Under the pieces are notes generated by a model, which was not told the origin of the DNA, ran no database searches, and was given only the letters and a program-made list of their open reading frames with translations. From Promethearchaeia archaeon (GTDB lineage Archaea; Asgardarchaeota; Lokiarchaeia; Sigyniarchaeales; SOKP01), in contig JAHQWG010000039.1 of the NCBI GenBank assembly GCA_029856045.1, positions 56,728 through 120,727 of the forward strand: 64,000 nucleotides of DNA, written 5' to 3'. The stretch's first letter is position 1. Each line of letters begins with the position of its first letter. A program made the translations under genes and the position numbers. Below are positions 60,365-64,000 of the stretch, piece by piece.

Positions 60365-63300
60365 ATGAAATCATCGGATAACCTAGACCAAGATGTCTAT
60401 ATTAAGGAAATCATATTAGAGAACTTTTTAGCCTTTCAGAGAGATAAAGCAGAATTTTCTAAAGGATTGGTACTGATTGTTGGTCCTAATTGGTCCGGTA
60501 AATCTACAATTTACCAAGGGATAAAGTTTGCCTTGGGTAGCAATGAACGGGATGAGAGATATTCAAAATGGTCTGATTTTATAAGATCCGGACAAAATCA
60601 TGCTCTAATCGAACTATATATTCAGACACCTGAGAATTTAATTGGAATACGAAGGACAGTTCTTAGAGGAAAAGCTCCGTTTTTTGAAATAAAGCAAAAA
60701 AATGATAAAGAATTCAAAAAAATTAATTCCCTTGAAATAAGAGATCTCGTGAAATCATTAAATTATAATCCGGATAATCAATTTTCTTTTGTCAGTCAAG
60801 GCAAAATCGATGCGTTTAAAGATATGAAACCTGAGGAATTATGTATTTTCTTAGAGGAAGGAGTGGGTTTAAAAGGATTAAGGCAGGAAATTTTAAATCA
60901 AAAAACTCAAGTAGCCAAATTACAAGAAAAATTAAAAGCATTAAAAACAGAGCAAAATAGTTGGAATTTTGAATTAAAATTATTGGAGCCTAAGTTAAAA
61001 AGATTAGAAGATAAGCGAAATTTGCTTAAAGACAGAGAAAACCTTACAGATGAGTTATTATGGGCTAATCGAGATAAAATAGAGAAAGAGATTTATATTC
61101 TCGAAGAAAATATTAAGAAAATTACTATTATAATTAATGATTTACAAAAGCAATTAGAAGATTTTATATCACAAACAAATGAAATCATTAAAAAAATTGA
61201 TAAAATTAATAAAAATTCAGAAAAACTGTCTGAGAATATTGGTAAAATAAGGGGTAGAATTTCAGAACTAGAGAAGATAATTCAACAGTGGAAGATTGAG
61301 CAACAAAAAATAAAGGTACGTTTAGAAGAATTAGAACAAAAAAAAAATAAATTAAAAAGTAAATTAAACAACAATAAAGCTAAAGGAAATAAAATCTCAG
61401 AAGAATTAAAAATCATTCGCAATAATATTAAAATACTAGATTCTGCAATCTCTGATATTTTAAAAGAACAAAATGAATTAGTAGAAAAGGTATCTATTCA
61501 CAAAGATTTTCTTGAGAAATTTAAGGGGACAAAAGGGGAATTAAGTAAAAAACAAGATGAACTTATTCAGAATACCCAAAAAATAACAGAAATTAATGAT
61601 GAAATCGATAGTATTTTCGCCGAATTAAGAGATGTGAAACATCAACTTGAGCAAAATAAATGGTTTCTTAAAGATAAGGATGAGAATTTACAAGAAAAGC
61701 TGATTAATCAACGTAATAATTTGGATAATAAAATTCATGATTTGAGAGAACAACTAAGTGAAATAAGAAAGGATCATGATAAAAAAGTTAATGCTTATAA
61801 AAGATTAAATTATTCCATTAGAGAAAAAAGATTATTCTTACCTTCAAATATCATATCTTTAAAAGAAGAAATTTATAATAGAAATCTAAACGCAAAAGGC
61901 CCAATAATTGAATTATTACAATATAATGATAAATTGGGGTTTGCAATTGAATCAGTTTTAGGAAAGAAAGTATTATTTAGTTTTATTGCAGGCGATTGGA
62001 ATACTTTTATTCTACTAAAAAAATTAAAAGATAGCCATAATGTTTATTGCAATATATATATACCAAAGGAAGTAAGTATTCGTCAATTTTCAAAATATGA
62101 AAAAATTGATGGAGTATTGGGCTATCTCGCAGAATTAATTAAAATTAAAGGCAATGATGAAGATGTAAGGAAATTAATTTTTTCTAAAGTGAAAAATTGT
62201 CTTGTAGTAGAAGATTTTACTACAGGAACACTTATGCATAAAAACTACAAATTTAGAGGTAAATGCGTTACATTAAAAGGCGAACAAATCATATCATATG
62301 ATTATGTTGTTGAAACCCCATATTTAAAGAAATTAGAAGGATTATTAAGTCCAACTAAACAAATGGATCAATTGTATCTATTAGAAATGGAAATAAGTAA
62401 ATCGAATGATGAAAGAAAGGATTTAGAATCCTTAAAAACTAAAATAGATCAAAAATATCGAGAAATTTCTAAGAAAATTGATGCCTTACCTACTCTTGAA
62501 TTATTATTTCGGCAAGAACAAAAACTTTTAAGCAAAAAAGATAATCTCCTTGAAATAAGAAAAAAAATGAACGAATTGAATGATAATATTGAAATACAAA
62601 TCGATAATTTGTTAAAAGAAGTAGAAATTTTAAAGAGAGAACAAAAACCAGAGTTTTTTGAATGGCAGAAGCGTTTAGAAAAGATTCCAGAAGAATTTGA
62701 TTTAAAAAACAGTGAAAAGAAGCATTGGTCAGAAATTAATGATGAAAAACAGAAATCATTATCTGAAATTCAAGAAATTATAAATAAAGAAACCGCTGAA
62801 TTTACAAAAATAAACGTTAATTATAAAACAACTAAAAAAGAGTTTCAAGGTAGAGATCAGAAGGCATTTGAAGTATTTCAAGAACTAACTGGACTTGAAA
62901 ATCAAATTAAGGATTTAAAAATTCAGAAAGAAAAATATGAGTTAGATAAAAAGACTCTAAAGGAAGAAGAAAATAAAATTAGACAAGAAAATCTTGAATT
63001 TAATTTAAATTATGAAAGAAAACAAGACCAATTGAGTTCACTACAAAATGATCTCCAATCTAAAATCTTAGATCTAGAAAAAGTTAATAAAGAGATTGGT
63101 CCAAAAATATTGAGTAAAGAAATAGAAATACGTCCAATTGAAGAAATTGAAAATGATCTTCTCGAATTGAATAAAAGATTAATGAAATACGCAGATATTG
63201 ACGATACTCTAGATTTAGAAAAAGAGAGAATTATTCAAACACTCAAAAAAATTGCTCAAAATCAAGCACAAATTCAGAGAGACCTTATTGAAGCAGAAGA

Positions 63301-63796
63301 AACCGAAAAAAATTTAGAAAATACATATTATAAAAAGTTTAATAAAATTATCAAAAAACTAGAAGATTTAATTAATAAAAAATTTGAAATCTCTGAAATT
63401 AAAGCTCAGTGTTCGATAGATTTATCGGGAAAATTTGAAAATTTAGGTATTAAAATTAAAGCAGCTTTATTAAAAGAACAGCTACGAGATATAACCGCAT
63501 TAAGTGGAGGGCAACGCTCTATTATTGCAATTTGTTTAATACTATCTTTACAAGAATTTAAATCAAGTAGGATAATTGTATTAGACGAAGCAGAATTATA
63601 CTTGGATGAAAATAACGCTGAAATCGCTTATAAATTAATAAAGAGCGCAATTCAGATGAATAAAATACAAATAATAATATTTGTGCCAAAAGCATCTAAA
63701 TATATTTTTTCAATGGCAGACAAACTTATTGGAGTTGCACGAAATGGAGCAATAGGTCCATCAACGATACTCCAACCTAAGATAAAAAGAACTTAA
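60365..63796 (+). CDS. SMC protein with SMC5/6-like (coalescin-like) signatures
   Basis: Walker A GPNWSGKS, Q-loop FVSQGKI, long coiled coils, central hinge GPII...AIESVLG, LSGGQR, VLDE, FVPK. Confidence 0.9.
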   Translation: MKSSDNLDQDVYIKEIILENFLAFQRDKAEFSKGLVLIVGPNWSGKSTIYQGIKFALGSNERDERYSKWSDFIRSGQNHALIELYIQTPENLIGIRRTVLRGKAPFFEIKQKNDKEFKKINSLEIRDLVKSLNYNPDNQFSFVSQGKIDAFKDMKPEELCIFLEEGVGLKGLRQEILNQKTQVAKLQEKLKALKTEQNSWNFELKLLEPKLKRLEDKRNLLKDRENLTDELLWANRDKIEKEIYILEENIKKITIIINDLQKQLEDFISQTNEIIKKIDKINKNSEKLSENIGKIRGRISELEKIIQQWKIEQQKIKVRLEELEQKKNKLKSKLNNNKAKGNKISEELKIIRNNIKILDSAISDILKEQNELVEKVSIHKDFLEKFKGTKGELSKKQDELIQNTQKITEINDEIDSIFAELRDVKHQLEQNKWFLKDKDENLQEKLINQRNNLDNKIHDLREQLSEIRKDHDKKVNAYKRLNYSIREKRLFLPSNIISLKEEIYNRNLNAKGPIIELLQYNDKLGFAIESVLGKKVLFSFIAGDWNTFILLKKLKDSHNVYCNIYIPKEVSIRQFSKYEKIDGVLGYLAELIKIKGNDEDVRKLIFSKVKNCLVVEDFTTGTLMHKNYKFRGKCVTLKGEQIISYDYVVETPYLKKLEGLLSPTKQMDQLYLLEMEISKSNDERKDLESLKTKIDQKYREISKKIDALPTLELLFRQEQKLLSKKDNLLEIRKKMNELNDNIEIQIDNLLKEVEILKREQKPEFFEWQKRLEKIPEEFDLKNSEKKHWSEINDEKQKSLSEIQEIINKETAEFTKINVNYKTTKKEFQGRDQKAFEVFQELTGLENQIKDLKIQKEKYELDKKTLKEEENKIRQENLEFNLNYERKQDQLSSLQNDLQSKILDLEKVNKEIGPKILSKEIEIRPIEEIENDLLELNKRLMKYADIDDTLDLEKERIIQTLKKIAQNQAQIQRDLIEAEETEKNLENTYYKKFNKIIKKLEDLINKKFEISEIKAQCSIDLSGKFENLGIKIKAALLKEQLRDITALSGGQRSIIAICLILSLQEFKSSRIIVLDEAELYLDENNAEIAYKLIKSAIQMNKIQIIIFVPKASKYIFSMADKLIGVARNGAIGPSTILQPKIKRT

Positions 63797-63813
63797 AAAA
63801 AATAGGGATAATT

Positions 63814-64000
63814 ATGGAAAAAAATAACTCCTCTACCCCGTCTATTATTGAAGAAATTCAAGAAATTTTTGAGATAATTCATAGAGGATCCAAACATGCT
63901 CTAAGTGTAGATTTAAATCCAATTTTTCAAAAATTTAAGCGATCCATAAATACACAAAATCTGAACGAATCTTCCTCTGCATTTAGTAAGTTATGTAATA
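63814..64000 (+). CDS. Kleisin (ScpA-like) N-terminal region, 3'-truncated by window
   Basis: ATG 17 nt after the SMC stop; MEKNNSSTPSIIEEIQEIFEIIHRGSKHALSVDLNPIFQKF...NLNESSSAF resembles the kleisin N-domain. Confidence 0.5.
   Translation, partial: MEKNNSSTPSIIEEIQEIFEIIHRGSKHALSVDLNPIFQKFKRSINTQNLNESSSAFSKLCN

Noticed and set aside
60365-63796. Rad50/SbcC or Wadjet JetC
   Set aside because: There is no central CxxC zinc hook, a globular hinge is present, and no Mre11 or JetA/B/D-like neighbour is visible. The downstream region is cut off, so this is not fully excluded.
1-64000. rRNA, tRNA, IS elements, integrases
   Set aside because: I saw no GC-rich structured RNA block, cloverleaf, terminal inverted repeats or transposase motifs by eye; tRNAscan, Infernal and ISEScan would be decisive.

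Overview
AT-rich archaeal chromosomal segment, most likely from an Asgard archaeon (Lokiarchaeia-like). Supporting markers are TBP, archaeal-type ThrRS, RibK/RibL, a translin/TRAX protein, three Rab-like small GTPases, longin-like domains, TPR proteins and an IPGY-TM (Loki-CTERM-like) surface protein. From left to right: an ABC exporter; an acyl-CoA catabolism cluster (thiolase, enoyl-CoA hydratase, two acyl-CoA dehydrogenases, methylmalonyl-CoA mutase large subunit, EtfBA, CoA Nudix hydrolase); two paralogous multi-wHTH/TPR proteins; a ZIP-DtxR metal module with palindromic operators; a giant repeat surface protein with two 7-bladed propellers; PiT phosphate transport; a ThrRS-translin-ribL-ribK run; an XRE-regulated ABC module; gpmA; a divergent IDI-2; and an orphan m6A methyltransferase. 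The most striking feature is at the right end: an apparent operon of an inactivated CDC48/PAN-type AAA protein, a 1143-aa SMC protein with SMC5/6-like signatures, and a kleisin-like ORF running off the window. Other candidates for eukaryote-like proteins are a BRO1-like protein, a membrane-anchored gelsolin-like protein, and a TPR-longin protein next to a Rab. I recognised no rRNA, tRNA, CRISPR array or transposase. All family assignments are by-eye motif recognition and need HMM or structure confirmation.
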